Origin: Synergistales bacterium
GTDB lineage: Bacteria; Synergistota; Synergistia; Synergistales; JAFGMB01
Assembly: GCA_963666205.1 (NCBI GenBank)
Contig: OY762654.1
Coordinates: 2,016,001 to 2,080,000, forward strand
Direction: 5' to 3'
Length of the DNA: 64,000 bases
The translations under genes and the position numbers were made by a program. Each line of letters opens with the position of its first letter. Position 1 is the stretch's first letter. Shown one piece after another: positions 1 through 9,973 of this stretch. The notes under the pieces were generated by a model. It had not been told where the DNA came from. It worked only from the letters and a program-made list of their open reading frames with translations, and did not search any database.

Positions 1-655
1 AGCGGCTGAGGAAGTAAGCAGGGAAATGAAAAACAAGGCCCTCTACAAGGCCTGTGATATAACAGATCCCAACCAGATCAGGGATCTAGTTGCCACCACA
101 GCTAACGAGCTGGGCCCTGTATCTGTCCTTGTAAATAATGCCGGAGGACCTCCTGCCGGAAGCTTTGACAGCTTTGGGGACGAAGCCTGGCAGAGTGCAT
201 TTGAACTTAATCTCCTCAGTTATGTCCGTACCATAAGGGAGGTCATTCCCTTTATGAAAGAGCAGGGGTGGGGAAGAATAGTCAATTCAACATCCACCTC
301 CGTAAGGCAGGTAATTGAAAATCTCATTCTTTCAAACACCTTCAGGCTTGGAGTGATAGGACTGACCAAGACTCTTTCGCAGGAGCTTGCCCCCTGCAAC
401 ATACTCATAAATGCCATCGGACCAGGCAGATTCGACACGGACAGGATAAGGCAGCTGGACAAAGCTCTTGCTGAAAAAAACAATCTGTCTGTGGAGGAAG
501 TTGCAAAAACTTCCCTGAGCCGTATTCCCCTCGGGCGCTATGGAGATCCTGTTGAATATGGGAAACTTGCAGTATTTCTATGCTCAGAGGCGAATACCTA
601 TATTACCGGCCAGACCATAATGGCCGATGGAGGAATGACCAGAGCCGTGCCCTAG
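1..655 (+). CDS. Short-chain dehydrogenase/reductase (3-oxoacyl-ACP reductase-like), 5' truncated by window edge
   Basis: Frame is open from position 2 (AAEEVSREMKNK...). It has the VNNAGGPP, GRIVNSTS and YITGQTIMADGG SDR motifs. The catalytic YxxxK position reads SNTFR (atypical SDR subgroup). Confidence 0.85.
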   Translation, partial: AAEEVSREMKNKALYKACDITDPNQIRDLVATTANELGPVSVLVNNAGGPPAGSFDSFGDEAWQSAFELNLLSYVRTIREVIPFMKEQGWGRIVNSTSTSVRQVIENLILSNTFRLGVIGLTKTLSQELAPCNILINAIGPGRFDTDRIRQLDKALAEKNNLSVEEVAKTSLSRIPLGRYGDPVEYGKLAVFLCSEANTYITGQTIMADGGMTRAVP

Positions 656-704
656 GGAGTCCCATTCTCATATAACCAAAGAGGTGTATAACTGGGAAAA
701 TATA

Positions 705-736
705 TCCCTGTCCCTGTCCCTGCCCCTGTCCCCTGT
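705..736. repeat. Short tandem repeat of (T/C)CCCTG units
   Basis: Sequence reads tccctg tccctg tccctg cccctg tcccctg. Confidence 0.7.
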
Positions 737-853
737 TCAGAGATAATTCCATTGTATTGACAAGATCGGCCAGAATTTTATCGCGAAAAACATCTACAGA
801 TATTATCTGTTATGGAATTTCGGTGGATGTTTTTCGCGTAAATAGTCTAAACA

Positions 854-899
854 TTGACAAATATTCTCCTGATATTTAATATATGGGAGAATTATCTCC
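854..899 (+). promoter_or_regulatory. Sigma70-type promoter with downstream palindromic operator
   Basis: TTGACA (854-859), 17-nt spacer, TAATAT (877-882). Palindrome GGAGA-ATTA-TCTCC at 886-899 lies before the RBS. Confidence 0.6.
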
Positions 900-912
900 A
901 AAGGGGTGTCCT

Positions 913-1803
913 ATGGATATTATTTCAAAACAGGATCTGACCCGGTTCATCTCAGAACATTCATCAGCCCTGACATCCAGGCAGAGGGATCTGGTGGATT
1001 TCATTCAGAAAAACCTTAACCGCACGGCCTTTATGAATTCCCTTGAAATTGCCAGAGAGGGCAATGTAAGCAATTCTACAGTGATCCGTCTGGCCCACAG
1101 GCTTGGATTTTCCGGTTTTCCCGAGTTCCAGAGTTTTCTGCAGGGTGTTGTTCAGGGTCAGCTTCACTCCCTGCAGAGATATGAGGGATCCGGCAAGACG
1201 GGGAAAGATGTAATCCTTTCCAGCAGGGTCCTGTCCCTTGAACACCATGTTCTGGCTGAGATGGAGCAAAGGCTCTCCGAAGAGGCTCTTCAGAAGGCTG
1301 TTGATCTCCTGGAACATAGCAGGCATATATTTGTGGCAGGATTTCTTGCCAATGCCTGTCTTGCAGAGTATATGGCCTATTTTCTCGGTATTATGCGCGA
1401 GAACGTACGTCTATTGCGGTCTATGGACAGCAATACCTTCAGCGATATCAAGGATGGAGAAAAGAATGCAGTGGCTGTTATTTACAGTTTTCCCCGCTAT
1501 CCTTCGAGAACCCAGACATTGACAGAAGCTCTGAAAAAGAGAGGTATTACTGTTATCGGAATCACCGATGGTCCCCTTTCCCCCCTCGCACCCCTTGCAG
1601 ATATCCTTCTTGAGGCACCCATGAAGTTCATTTCATTCATTGACCCCTGTGCCGGGGCCTTTGCTCTGACACATTATCTGCTTACTTCTCTTTACCTTCG
1701 AGATCCTTTAAAGATGAGGGAAAGACTGGCGGAATTCGAAGACTTTTCCTCTACAGAAGATCTTTTTGTGAGAAAAGACCTGGACATTGTCCGGCTACTT
1801 TAG
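913..1803 (+). CDS. RpiR/MurR family transcriptional regulator (HTH + SIS)
   Basis: SNSTVIRLAHRLGFSGFPEFQ HTH motif and a SIS domain (FPRYP, ITDGPLSPLA). Start moved from 883 to the ATG at 913, which follows the RBS AAGGGGTG. Confidence 0.9.
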   Translation: MDIISKQDLTRFISEHSSALTSRQRDLVDFIQKNLNRTAFMNSLEIAREGNVSNSTVIRLAHRLGFSGFPEFQSFLQGVVQGQLHSLQRYEGSGKTGKDVILSSRVLSLEHHVLAEMEQRLSEEALQKAVDLLEHSRHIFVAGFLANACLAEYMAYFLGIMRENVRLLRSMDSNTFSDIKDGEKNAVAVIYSFPRYPSRTQTLTEALKKRGITVIGITDGPLSPLAPLADILLEAPMKFISFIDPCAGAFALTHYLLTSLYLRDPLKMRERLAEFEDFSSTEDLFVRKDLDIVRLL

Positions 1804-1849
1804 CCATTAAGAAGGGTGGAAGTAATACAAATAGAAGGAGGTATGTTTC

Positions 1850-2833
1850 ATGGAATTGCTGTGCATCTCGGAAGCCCAGATAGAATCACTGGGTATTTCT
1901 GTAGCAGAAGTTATGGAAGTTGTCGAAAAGGGCTTTGTTTTTAAAGGTGAGGGGAAGATGGAACTGCCCGCCAAGATCGGCATTCATCCCCGCCATGACT
2001 GTTTTATCCATGCTATGCCCTGCTGGGTGGGCGGTGATGTGGATGCGGCAGGGATCAAATGGGTCGCCGGTTACCCCATCAACCAGGCTAAAGGGCTTCC
2101 TTATATCACGGGAGTCTTGTGTCTGAACGATTCCGAAACGGGCTTTGTGAAGGCAATTATGGATGCCAACTGGATCACGGCCTGGAGGACCGGGGCAGCT
2201 ACGGGCGTCTGTGCTAAATATATGGCTGACCCCGATTCAGAAGTTATCGCCGTAGTAGGGCTTGGGGTTCAGGGTTGGACGAATACCATGGCCCTGCTGG
2301 AGGCTCTTCCCAAGGTCAGGGAGATCCGTGTATATGACAAATTCCCTGAGCAGGTCGCAAAGTACGAGAGCAGGGTAAAACCAGGCATAGGTAAAGCACG
2401 AATAGTTCCCTGCACCGACGTGAAGGAGACGGTTAAGGGTGCTGATGTGGTAGTAACATGTACACCTATAGTGGCCGACCCTGAGCGTTTTGTCAGGTCT
2501 GAATGGCTTAAGGAGGATGTACTTACCGTTGCAGTCGATTACGACTCAGCCTTTGATGCGGATGTAATGACCGGTGCGACTTCTTTCGTCTGTGACGACA
2601 TGAACCAGTATCTATGGACCCAGGAGCAGGGAGTCTATTTCCAGAAGGGATATCCGAAAAAGGAACAGATCCTGGGAGATATGGGTCATCTCTGTGCTGG
2701 TATCAGAAAATCTGCTCCAAAGGGTCGCCGTGCCGCTGTGCTCATGGGTATAGCAAGTCACGATATGATGACAGCCAACCTGATCTATAAAAAGGCCCTG
2801 GAGAAGGGCATCGGAGGTAAAGTCGAGATCTGA
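1850..2833 (+). CDS. Ornithine cyclodeaminase/mu-crystallin family protein (paralogue 1)
   Basis: HAMP, GIKWVAGYP, ITAWRTGA, GLGVQG Rossmann and MGIASHD motifs. Strong RBS AGGAGG. Confidence 0.9.
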   Translation: MELLCISEAQIESLGISVAEVMEVVEKGFVFKGEGKMELPAKIGIHPRHDCFIHAMPCWVGGDVDAAGIKWVAGYPINQAKGLPYITGVLCLNDSETGFVKAIMDANWITAWRTGAATGVCAKYMADPDSEVIAVVGLGVQGWTNTMALLEALPKVREIRVYDKFPEQVAKYESRVKPGIGKARIVPCTDVKETVKGADVVVTCTPIVADPERFVRSEWLKEDVLTVAVDYDSAFDADVMTGATSFVCDDMNQYLWTQEQGVYFQKGYPKKEQILGDMGHLCAGIRKSAPKGRRAAVLMGIASHDMMTANLIYKKALEKGIGGKVEI

Positions 2834-2860
2834 TCTCCGATAAGGATAGAAAATATTAAA

Positions 2861-2899
2861 AGGGGGAGAAACCGCTTATGGGGTTTCTCCCCCCTCTTT
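2861..2899 (+). terminator. Intrinsic terminator hairpin between convergent genes
   Basis: GGGGGAGAAACC / GGTTTCTCCCCC stem. Confidence 0.7.
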
Positions 2900-3033
2900 G
2901 TGCTGGAGGTTCAGTGGGTATATAGGTCTGCTGGAAGGATGATCTCCCCGGATACCTCTGATCTAAACCATGAGTTTTGTTATATCACCCGCCGGCAAAA
3001 CCCTGATGTATATTTCAATCCAGAATATTTCCG

Positions 3034-3927
3034 TCAGAGGGAAATATCGTAATCAACGAGAAGCGGAGCCAGTTTATCCAGTTTTCTGGTGGCATCGGCT
3101 TTTTTCTGTCTGCCTATTTCGACCACAAGGGCATCTATAACAGTCATAAGAGAGACAGTGGAGTAATGGCTGGTATTCTGAGGGCAGAGAAGGAGTTCTG
3201 TAGCCATTGGAGCAGCAGGACTTGACAGGCTGTTTGTTATAAGGACAGTAGGTATTCCGTTTTCCCAGGCAAATTTCACAGCTCCAATGGTCCTTTTGGT
3301 ATAGTGAGGGCTGCCTGCCATTAGGGCAACGAGAATATCGTTTTTTGACATATCCATCATGACATCAAGCATATTATCTGTTCCCGAAGAATCCACAAGG
3401 AAAATATCAGGCAGGAACTGATGGAGGAGAGCATGAAAATAGGTAGCCAGCCCTTTGGTAGATCTTAATCCTATTATGTAAATCCTTCTTGCGGATGAAA
3501 TAAGTTCCACAGCTCTGGGGAAAGTGTCGGAAAGATGACGACTTCTCAGGCTTTTAAGATTCTGTATATTCTCCTCTATTACCTGATCCAGGATATTGAC
3601 CTGTTCCTTATCGGCAAAAGTGTCTCTCAGCCTGTCCAGGGGTGGAATGCTGGCACTGTACAGGACTCTTTTCAGCTCTTCCTTAATTGCTGTAAAATTT
3701 TTGTACCCAAGACTGGAGGCTATCCTTAGAACTGTAGCGATACTGGTTTCGGTCTCTTTTGCTATCTCTTCAGCTGTAAGAAAAGCAGCCTGCTGGTAGT
3801 TATTAAGTATCCATTCACAGATTACTCGCTGTTGTGACGGTAGATTATTCTTAGCTGTCCTTAACTGCTGAAATATTCCTCCGGTGAAATCACCTGGACT
3901 CTTTTTGCTCTGTTGTTTTTGTCCCAC
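3034..3927 (-). CDS. RpiR/MurR family transcriptional regulator
   Basis: SIATVLRIASSLGYKNF HTH motif and a SIS domain (IIGLRS, ITNSLSSP). Divergent from the TRAP operon. Confidence 0.9.
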   Translation of the reverse strand: MGQKQQSKKSPGDFTGGIFQQLRTAKNNLPSQQRVICEWILNNYQQAAFLTAEEIAKETETSIATVLRIASSLGYKNFTAIKEELKRVLYSASIPPLDRLRDTFADKEQVNILDQVIEENIQNLKSLRSRHLSDTFPRAVELISSARRIYIIGLRSTKGLATYFHALLHQFLPDIFLVDSSGTDNMLDVMMDMSKNDILVALMAGSPHYTKRTIGAVKFAWENGIPTVLITNSLSSPAAPMATELLLCPQNTSHYSTVSLMTVIDALVVEIGRQKKADATRKLDKLAPLLVDYDISL

Positions 3928-3943
3928 TGGAGAGCCCCCCTTT

Positions 3944-4035
3944 TGTAATTATTTTACACTATTCTTATTGTATAAAAAATACAATTATGTTCATGATTTC
4001 ACTTAATTGACAACTATTCCTGTGAAAAGTATATT
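3944..4035. promoter_or_regulatory. Two RpiR/HexR-like palindromic operators plus the promoter of the TRAP operon
   Basis: TGTAA-N5-TTACA (3944-3958) and TGTAT-N5-ATACA (3969-3983). TTGACA (4007-4012)-N17-TATATT (4030-4035) on +. Confidence 0.6.
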
Positions 4036-4222
4036 CAACCTATGATATCTTTCATATCATTTCCATGAAATATGCAATGTCTATATATCAATATAAATGA
4101 AAGTATGCAAAATCACTCTCTCTTGCTGATGTCAAGTCTGAATATTGAAGATGTTATTGCAATAATGGCACCAAAGGAACATTCATTGGATAAAAAATCA
4201 AAAAACAGGAGGAATAGGCGGA

Positions 4223-5170
4223 ATGAAAAAAGTTGCAGTAGTTATGCTCGTTGTAACATTGATCGCTTTTGCGGGAATAGCGGGTGCTGTTGAGAGGCTA
4301 TCTCTTGCCACAGGTGGAACAGCTGGAACGTATTATCCCATCGGTTCAGGAATTGCTTCCATTATCTCAAAACATGCTGATGGTATAGAGATAACAGCCG
4401 AATCAACAGGTGCTTCTGTTGCAAATCTCAAGATGTTAAGGGCTCATAAGATTGACATGATGCTTGGTGCATCAAACACCTCATGGGGTGGCTATAACGG
4501 TCATGCTCCCTTCGATGATAATGCTGTCAAGAACATCAGGGGGATCGCCTGTCTTTACCCGGAAGTCTTCCAGTTCATAACCCTTAAGGATTCTGGAATA
4601 AAGACGATTTATGACCTGAAGGGCAAAAAGGTTGCCCTGGGTGCTGCGGGGAGTGGTACGGAGAGAACAAGTAAAATGGTCTTTGAAGCCCACGGGATGT
4701 CCTATGAAGACTTCGATGAACAGTTCCTCAATTTTGGAGAAGCTGTAACCGCACTCAAGGACAGGATCATTGATTGTGCTGTAGTAGGTTCTGGAGCCCC
4801 AACATCAGCTGTTGTAGATGCCACTGCTACTCTTGATATCACTTTTGTAACCCTCGACCAGAAGGCTATGGAAGTTTTCTGTGCAGACAGACCTTATCTT
4901 GCCATGATGGTTCTTCCAGCAGGAACATATAAAGGGCAGGATCAGGATGTTCCTGTAGTAGCTAGTCCCGCCATATTCAGTGCCAACGACGAAATGAGCG
5001 AAGACCTTGTTTACAGGATCACGAAAGCTCTCTGGGAAAATATCGACGAACTTGCTTCTGTTCATGCCCAGGGAAAGAATGTGAAGCTTGAAACTGCACT
5101 GAGTGCGATGTCAGTCCCTCTTCACCCGGGTGCTGAGAAATATTACAAAGAAGTTGGACTTTTGAAATAG
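4223..5170 (+). CDS. TAXI family TRAP transporter solute-binding subunit
   Basis: Signal peptide. ATGGTAGTYYPIG, STGASVAN, GAAGSGTE and VPLHPGAEKYYKE TAXI motifs. Confidence 0.93.
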   Translation: MKKVAVVMLVVTLIAFAGIAGAVERLSLATGGTAGTYYPIGSGIASIISKHADGIEITAESTGASVANLKMLRAHKIDMMLGASNTSWGGYNGHAPFDDNAVKNIRGIACLYPEVFQFITLKDSGIKTIYDLKGKKVALGAAGSGTERTSKMVFEAHGMSYEDFDEQFLNFGEAVTALKDRIIDCAVVGSGAPTSAVVDATATLDITFVTLDQKAMEVFCADRPYLAMMVLPAGTYKGQDQDVPVVASPAIFSANDEMSEDLVYRITKALWENIDELASVHAQGKNVKLETALSAMSVPLHPGAEKYYKEVGLLK

Positions 5171-5179
5171 TTCTTTCGC

Positions 5180-5213
5180 AACCAGGAGGTGTCGAAAAAG
5201 ACACCTCCTGGTT
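5180..5213 (+). other. 14-bp stem-loop after the binding-protein gene (mRNA stabiliser or partial terminator)
   Basis: AACCAGGAGGTGTC / GACACCTCCTGGTT with no strong U-tract. Confidence 0.6.
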
Positions 5214-5244
5214 CATATTATTTGAACAATAGGACGGTTTTATC

Positions 5245-5766
5245 TTGAAACGAATCTTTCTCGGTCTGGGGATATTTTTCATTTTTCTTCTATGGTTATC
5301 CAGGCCCGTTCTTTTTATAGAAGTGAAAAACTTCAATACAGGTCAGATCCTTTATCGCAGGCATGTTGAGCCTGGTTACACTTTTGCTACCCTTATAAAA
5401 CATTCTGTTCACCTTACACCAGTGTATGAATACTACAGAATAGAGGGGGATGGAAAGATCGTTATTACAGGTACCAGATTTCAGGATCTGGGATGGGGAG
5501 TACCAAGTACTTTTGATTATGATTTCAAATTTGAAAATGATTTTATGGTCATTGAAAACATCAACAGACCCATTGAATTTGTTCCCTACAGGATCAGTTA
5601 TATAGCCTGTCCGCACCTGCTTCTCGATGACTGTGAAAGAGATATAGACCTGGTCAAGCTTTTTGAAAACTGGGACCGAATTGATATTTACGCTAAAAAA
5701 GAGCCTTATATTTCTTATATTTCAAGAGGTGAAATCGATGTTTTTCCGAAAAAAGAAGCAAGATGA
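5245..5766 (+). CDS. DUF1850-type accessory protein of TAXI-TRAP systems
   Basis: N-terminal TM segment. HSVHLTPVYEYY and FQDLGWGVP motifs. Located between the TAXI and permease genes. Confidence 0.8.
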   Translation: MKRIFLGLGIFFIFLLWLSRPVLFIEVKNFNTGQILYRRHVEPGYTFATLIKHSVHLTPVYEYYRIEGDGKIVITGTRFQDLGWGVPSTFDYDFKFENDFMVIENINRPIEFVPYRISYIACPHLLLDDCERDIDLVKLFENWDRIDIYAKKEPYISYISRGEIDVFPKKEAR

Positions 5767-7699
5767 AAATCTTTCAGCAGAAGAGAAACTTCAGCTGCTG
5801 AATGAAAAATTTGAAAAAAAGAGGGATCTATCTGGTATGGCGGCCAGGTTTTGCACTATCCTTGCTGTTCTTATGTCCCTTTTCCACCTGTATGCTTCCG
5901 GGATCCACATGCTTCCCCAGGCTCAGCATCGTGCCATACATCTGGCTTTTGCCCTTGCCCTTACCTTCCTTGTATATCCGGCAGTTAACAGCCAGAAGAA
6001 GAAAGTTCCCCTTTTTGACGTGGCGGCAATTGTTTTCTGCCTTTTCGTCGGGGGCTATCTGGTAGTGGATTATATGAACCTGGTAATGAGAGCCGGAGAT
6101 CCATTGATGCGGGATCTTGTGCTGGGCGGCATAACCCTTTTTCTGGTCCTTGAAGCTACAAGGAGGACCATGGGATGGCCTCTTGTAATAGTAGCTCTAT
6201 CTTTTCTTTCCTATGCCCTTTTTGGCCATCTTATCCCCGGTTCACTGGGACACAGGGAATATGATCTTTCCCGTATCATAGAGCATCTCTTCCTTACAAG
6301 TGAAGGTATTTACGGAGTTTGTATCTATGTGACTGCAACATTTGTTTTCATGTTCATCCTTCTGGGGGCCTTCCTTAATGTTACGGGTGGAGCTCAGTCA
6401 TTCATAGATCTGGCTTTTGCGCTTACTGGAAAATACAGGGGAGGTCCAGCAAAGGCGGCGGTTGTCGCCAGTGGCCTCATGGGAACCATTTCCGGAAGCT
6501 CCTTTGCCAATGTTGCGGGAACAGGAACCTTCACCATTCCACTGATGAAGAGTGTCGGTTATAAAAATGAATTTGCTGGCGGTGTAGAAGCAGCGGCTTC
6601 TTCAGGAGGACAGATAATGCCTCCCATAATGGGTGCAGCTGCCTTTATCATGGCTGAGATGACAGGTGTTCCCTATGGGAAGTTGATAATACATGCTGCG
6701 ATACCTGCAATACTTTATTATGTTTCAGTGTTTCTGATGGTTGATATTGAGGCGGCAAAGCTGGGTCTGAGCGGAATTTCCAAAGACAAGCTTCCAAGAA
6801 TTCTTACGGTCCTTAAGGATGGAGGATTTCTTCTTCTGGCACCCTTAAGTATCGTTTATATGCTGCTGGCAGGCTATTCGCCGATCAAGGCTTCTTATGT
6901 GGCAGTCCTGATGGTTATAGTGGCTTCTTTCATGCGAAAGGCCACAAGAATGAACCTCAAGAGATTTGTAGAGGCTCTCGAATTAGGTGCCAAGGGAGCA
7001 TTGGGTGTTATAGCAGCCTGTGCAGTAGCTGGAATCATTGTCGGTTGTGTTACCCTTACAGGACTGGGACTCAAGTTTGCCGATCTTATCGTCACTCTTG
7101 CCCATGGACAGCTGTATCCTGCTCTTTTCCTTACAATGCTTGCTTCCATAATAATGGGTATGGGTATGCCTACAACGGCTCTTTATATCATTCTTGGTTC
7201 CATGGTTGCTCCTGCCCTTGTGAAAATGAATGTACCCATAGTAGCGGCCCATCTTTTCATCTTTTATTTCGGATGTATGGCATCAGTTACTCCACCGGTC
7301 GCCCTCAGCTCTTACCTGGCAGCAGCCATAGCCAAGGCAGATTCAGTAAAGACTGCACTTAATGGCCTTAAACTTGCTTCATCGGCCTTTATCCTGCCCT
7401 TCATTTTTGCCCTTTCTCCACAGCTTCTTCTTATAAATACCACCCCATTGAAGGCTGTAATGGTAACAGGAAGTGCGATCCTTGGAGTAGTGGCTCTTGC
7501 CTCCTGCCTGGAAAATTACCTCTTTGGAGAATTAAAGATCTACCAGAGGGGGTTAGTTGGAGTAGCTGCATTGACCCTGATGTTTCCCGGCTGGTCTACT
7601 GACATTGTCGGTCTGGGAATAATTATTGCCATATCTGTCGTTAATGCTGTATCTAACAGAAAAAAGACTCCGGATCTCAAAACGGAGTTTGAAGGATAA
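5738..7699 (+). CDS. TRAP transporter fused 4TM/12TM permease
   Basis: GGPAKAAVVASG, AASSGGQIMPPIMGAAAFIMAE and GMGMPTTA motifs. Start placed at the ATG at 5738, after RBS GAGGTG. Confidence 0.93.
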   Translation: MFFRKKKQDENLSAEEKLQLLNEKFEKKRDLSGMAARFCTILAVLMSLFHLYASGIHMLPQAQHRAIHLAFALALTFLVYPAVNSQKKKVPLFDVAAIVFCLFVGGYLVVDYMNLVMRAGDPLMRDLVLGGITLFLVLEATRRTMGWPLVIVALSFLSYALFGHLIPGSLGHREYDLSRIIEHLFLTSEGIYGVCIYVTATFVFMFILLGAFLNVTGGAQSFIDLAFALTGKYRGGPAKAAVVASGLMGTISGSSFANVAGTGTFTIPLMKSVGYKNEFAGGVEAAASSGGQIMPPIMGAAAFIMAEMTGVPYGKLIIHAAIPAILYYVSVFLMVDIEAAKLGLSGISKDKLPRILTVLKDGGFLLLAPLSIVYMLLAGYSPIKASYVAVLMVIVASFMRKATRMNLKRFVEALELGAKGALGVIAACAVAGIIVGCVTLTGLGLKFADLIVTLAHGQLYPALFLTMLASIIMGMGMPTTALYIILGSMVAPALVKMNVPIVAAHLFIFYFGCMASVTPPVALSSYLAAAIAKADSVKTALNGLKLASSAFILPFIFALSPQLLLINTTPLKAVMVTGSAILGVVALASCLENYLFGELKIYQRGLVGVAALTLMFPGWSTDIVGLGIIIAISVVNAVSNRKKTPDLKTEFEG

Positions 7700-8827
7700 A
7701 TGGAACGGAGCGTGAACTTTTTGAACAGGAATATAGCCATACTAGGCGCCGGTAACGGCGGTGTCAGCATAGGAGCCTTTCTTTCCCTCAAGGGGTGTAA
7801 TGTAAATCTTTACGACAAGTTCCCGAAGGCCCTGGAGGATATAAAGAAAGCTGGAGGAGTGGAACTCAAGGGGGTTTCCCTTACAGGTTTTGCAGAATTC
7901 AACAGGATCACCGATAACCTGGCAGAGGCCATTGAAGACTGCAGAGTGATAATGATAGTCACTCCTGCCTTTGCCCATAAGGAACTTGCCGAGAAATGTG
8001 CTCCTTATCTGACTTCCGGTCAGCACGTTATCCTGAATCCAGGAAGAACAGCCGGGGCAATAGAGTTCTACAGAACTGTGAAAACAACGAATCCTCATGC
8101 TGATTTTATTGTGGCAGAGGCTCAAACTCTGATCTATGCATGTCGAAGAAGCGGCCCGGCAGAAACGACCATTTTCAAGGTGAAGAAGGATGTTACCCTT
8201 GCAGCTCTTCCAGCCACAAAGACGCAAGAAGTACTGGCAGACATGAATGAGTTCTACCCGGAGTTTACACCTGCGGAAAATGTTCTCGAAACCAGCGTTC
8301 TCAACATTGGTTCGATATTTCATCCTGCTCCTGCAATACTCAATATTGCCCGCATAGAGGCAAAGGAGGATTTTGAATATTACATGGAGGGTATCTCTCC
8401 ATGTGTAAGTAATGTACTTGAGAAGATCGATTCTGAAAGAATCGAAATAGCAAAAGCCCTGGGGGTCAAGACCTTAAGCGTCAAGGAATGGCTTGAAGAT
8501 GCTTACGAAGTTAAGTTCCAGGAATCAGATTCCATTTACGATGCTGTTCAGAAAGTACAAGGGTATCGGGGTATAGCTGCTCCAAAGAATACCCATGCAA
8601 GATATATTACAGAGGATGTTCCCATGAGCCTTGTACCTCTGGCAGAAATTGGCCATTTTCTGGGGATATACACTCCTGCCATGGATACTTTGATAAATCT
8701 GGCTAATATTCTTCATAAGACCGATTACCGGGAAAAGGGAAGGACTCTCAAGTCGCTGGGTATTGAAGGTGTAAGCGTAGAGGATCTGAAAAAATTTGTT
8801 GACCAGGGAATAGAACTTCCAAAATAA
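7700..8827 (+). CDS. NAD/NADP octopine/nopaline (opine) dehydrogenase family protein
   Basis: GAGNGG Rossmann, LNPGRTAGA, AEAQTLIYACR, NIGSIFHP and RYITEDVP motifs. Confidence 0.9.
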   Translation: MERSVNFLNRNIAILGAGNGGVSIGAFLSLKGCNVNLYDKFPKALEDIKKAGGVELKGVSLTGFAEFNRITDNLAEAIEDCRVIMIVTPAFAHKELAEKCAPYLTSGQHVILNPGRTAGAIEFYRTVKTTNPHADFIVAEAQTLIYACRRSGPAETTIFKVKKDVTLAALPATKTQEVLADMNEFYPEFTPAENVLETSVLNIGSIFHPAPAILNIARIEAKEDFEYYMEGISPCVSNVLEKIDSERIEIAKALGVKTLSVKEWLEDAYEVKFQESDSIYDAVQKVQGYRGIAAPKNTHARYITEDVPMSLVPLAEIGHFLGIYTPAMDTLINLANILHKTDYREKGRTLKSLGIEGVSVEDLKKFVDQGIELPK

Positions 8828-8845
8828 TACAATTTTTTGATCATC

Positions 8846-8879
8846 GGGGACATCTTTTTAACGGGTGTCCCTTTTTTTT
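8846..8879 (+). terminator. Intrinsic terminator or attenuator inside the cluster
   Basis: GGGACATC...GGTGTCCC followed by T8. Confidence 0.6.
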
Positions 8880-8896
8880 GGAAAGGAGAGGTTTAA

Positions 8897-9955
8897 ATGA
8901 ATGCAGAAAGAATCGAAATAACTTATTTATCTCAGGAAGACTTTCTCAAGGGTGGATGCTTTGATATCAGGCTTACCATGAATTCCGTTGAAAAAGGACT
9001 CCTGGCATTTCAGAAGGGGGAGGTTCTTTTCCCTGACAAGATAGTGCAGATATTCAATGAGGACACCCAGGAAAGGATAAACTGCCTGCCGGCAACTCTT
9101 TTGCCCGAAAAGATATGCGGTGTAAAGTGGGTTTCCGTATTCCCGCCAAATCCTCAGAAATATGGTGTCCAGAATCTTTCCGCTCTGGTTGTCCTGTCCG
9201 AGATAGAGAAGGGTTTTCCCATTGCGGTAATGGATGGAACCCTTGCATCCAATATGAGAGTGGCTTCGGTCGGTGCTACGGCAGCAAAATATCTTGCAAG
9301 AAAAGATTCGGAGAGCATCGGCTTTATCGGTGCTGGAGAACAGTCGAAAATGCACCTTGTAGGAATGAAGACCGTTTTCCCGGGGCTGAAGGAATGTAGG
9401 GTTGCAGCTAAATATGAAGGAGAAGAAGATCGTTTTATTCAGGAAATGAGCACTATATTTCCGGGCATGACCTTTATCGCAGGACATACTGATCTTAAGA
9501 CAGCCATGGAAGGGGCCGATATCCTGGTAACCGGGACGAGTGCCCAGGCTCCTCTTCTTAAAGCTGAATGGATGAAACCGGGCGCTTTTTACAGCCATAT
9601 AGGTGGATGGGAAGATGAATATGCTGTAGCAGAACAGTGCCAGAAAATTGTCTGTGACAGTTGGGAAACGGTAAAACATCGGACCCAGACCCTCAGCAGG
9701 ATGTACAAAGACGGAAAACTTGAAGACAGAGATATCTATGCAGATCTGGTGGACCTCGTTGCCGGTAAAAAAGCTGGAAGGGAATCTGATGATGAAAGAA
9801 TTTATTTCAATGCAGTAGGCCTTTCTTATCTTGATGTCACTATCGCCCATGACATGTTCCTGAGGGCTCTTGAAGCAGGAGTTGGTACTAAACTTCCTCT
9901 GCAGGAAAGGTCTGTTTTCAGTCATGAAGATCTTGGCAGCTTTATTCGGTTATAA
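8897..9955 (+). CDS. Ornithine cyclodeaminase/mu-crystallin family protein (paralogue 2)
   Basis: RINCLPA, GVKWVSVFPPNP, MDGTLASNMR, GAGEQS and NAVGLSYLD motifs. Confidence 0.9.
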   Translation: MNAERIEITYLSQEDFLKGGCFDIRLTMNSVEKGLLAFQKGEVLFPDKIVQIFNEDTQERINCLPATLLPEKICGVKWVSVFPPNPQKYGVQNLSALVVLSEIEKGFPIAVMDGTLASNMRVASVGATAAKYLARKDSESIGFIGAGEQSKMHLVGMKTVFPGLKECRVAAKYEGEEDRFIQEMSTIFPGMTFIAGHTDLKTAMEGADILVTGTSAQAPLLKAEWMKPGAFYSHIGGWEDEYAVAEQCQKIVCDSWETVKHRTQTLSRMYKDGKLEDRDIYADLVDLVAGKKAGRESDDERIYFNAVGLSYLDVTIAHDMFLRALEAGVGTKLPLQERSVFSHEDLGSFIRL

Positions 9956-9973
9956 CTAGGGAGCTGATATTTA

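Noticed and set aside
4072-4293. 73-aa ORF in the TRAP leader
   Set aside because: It has no RBS, overlaps the TAXI gene start out of frame, and lies in AT-rich leader sequence.
8927-9925. 332-aa minus-strand ORF
   Set aside because: It is fully antisense to the well-supported OCD-family gene and has no recognisable motifs. The same applies to 7742-8323, 36731-37423, 39615-40229 and 60375-61025.
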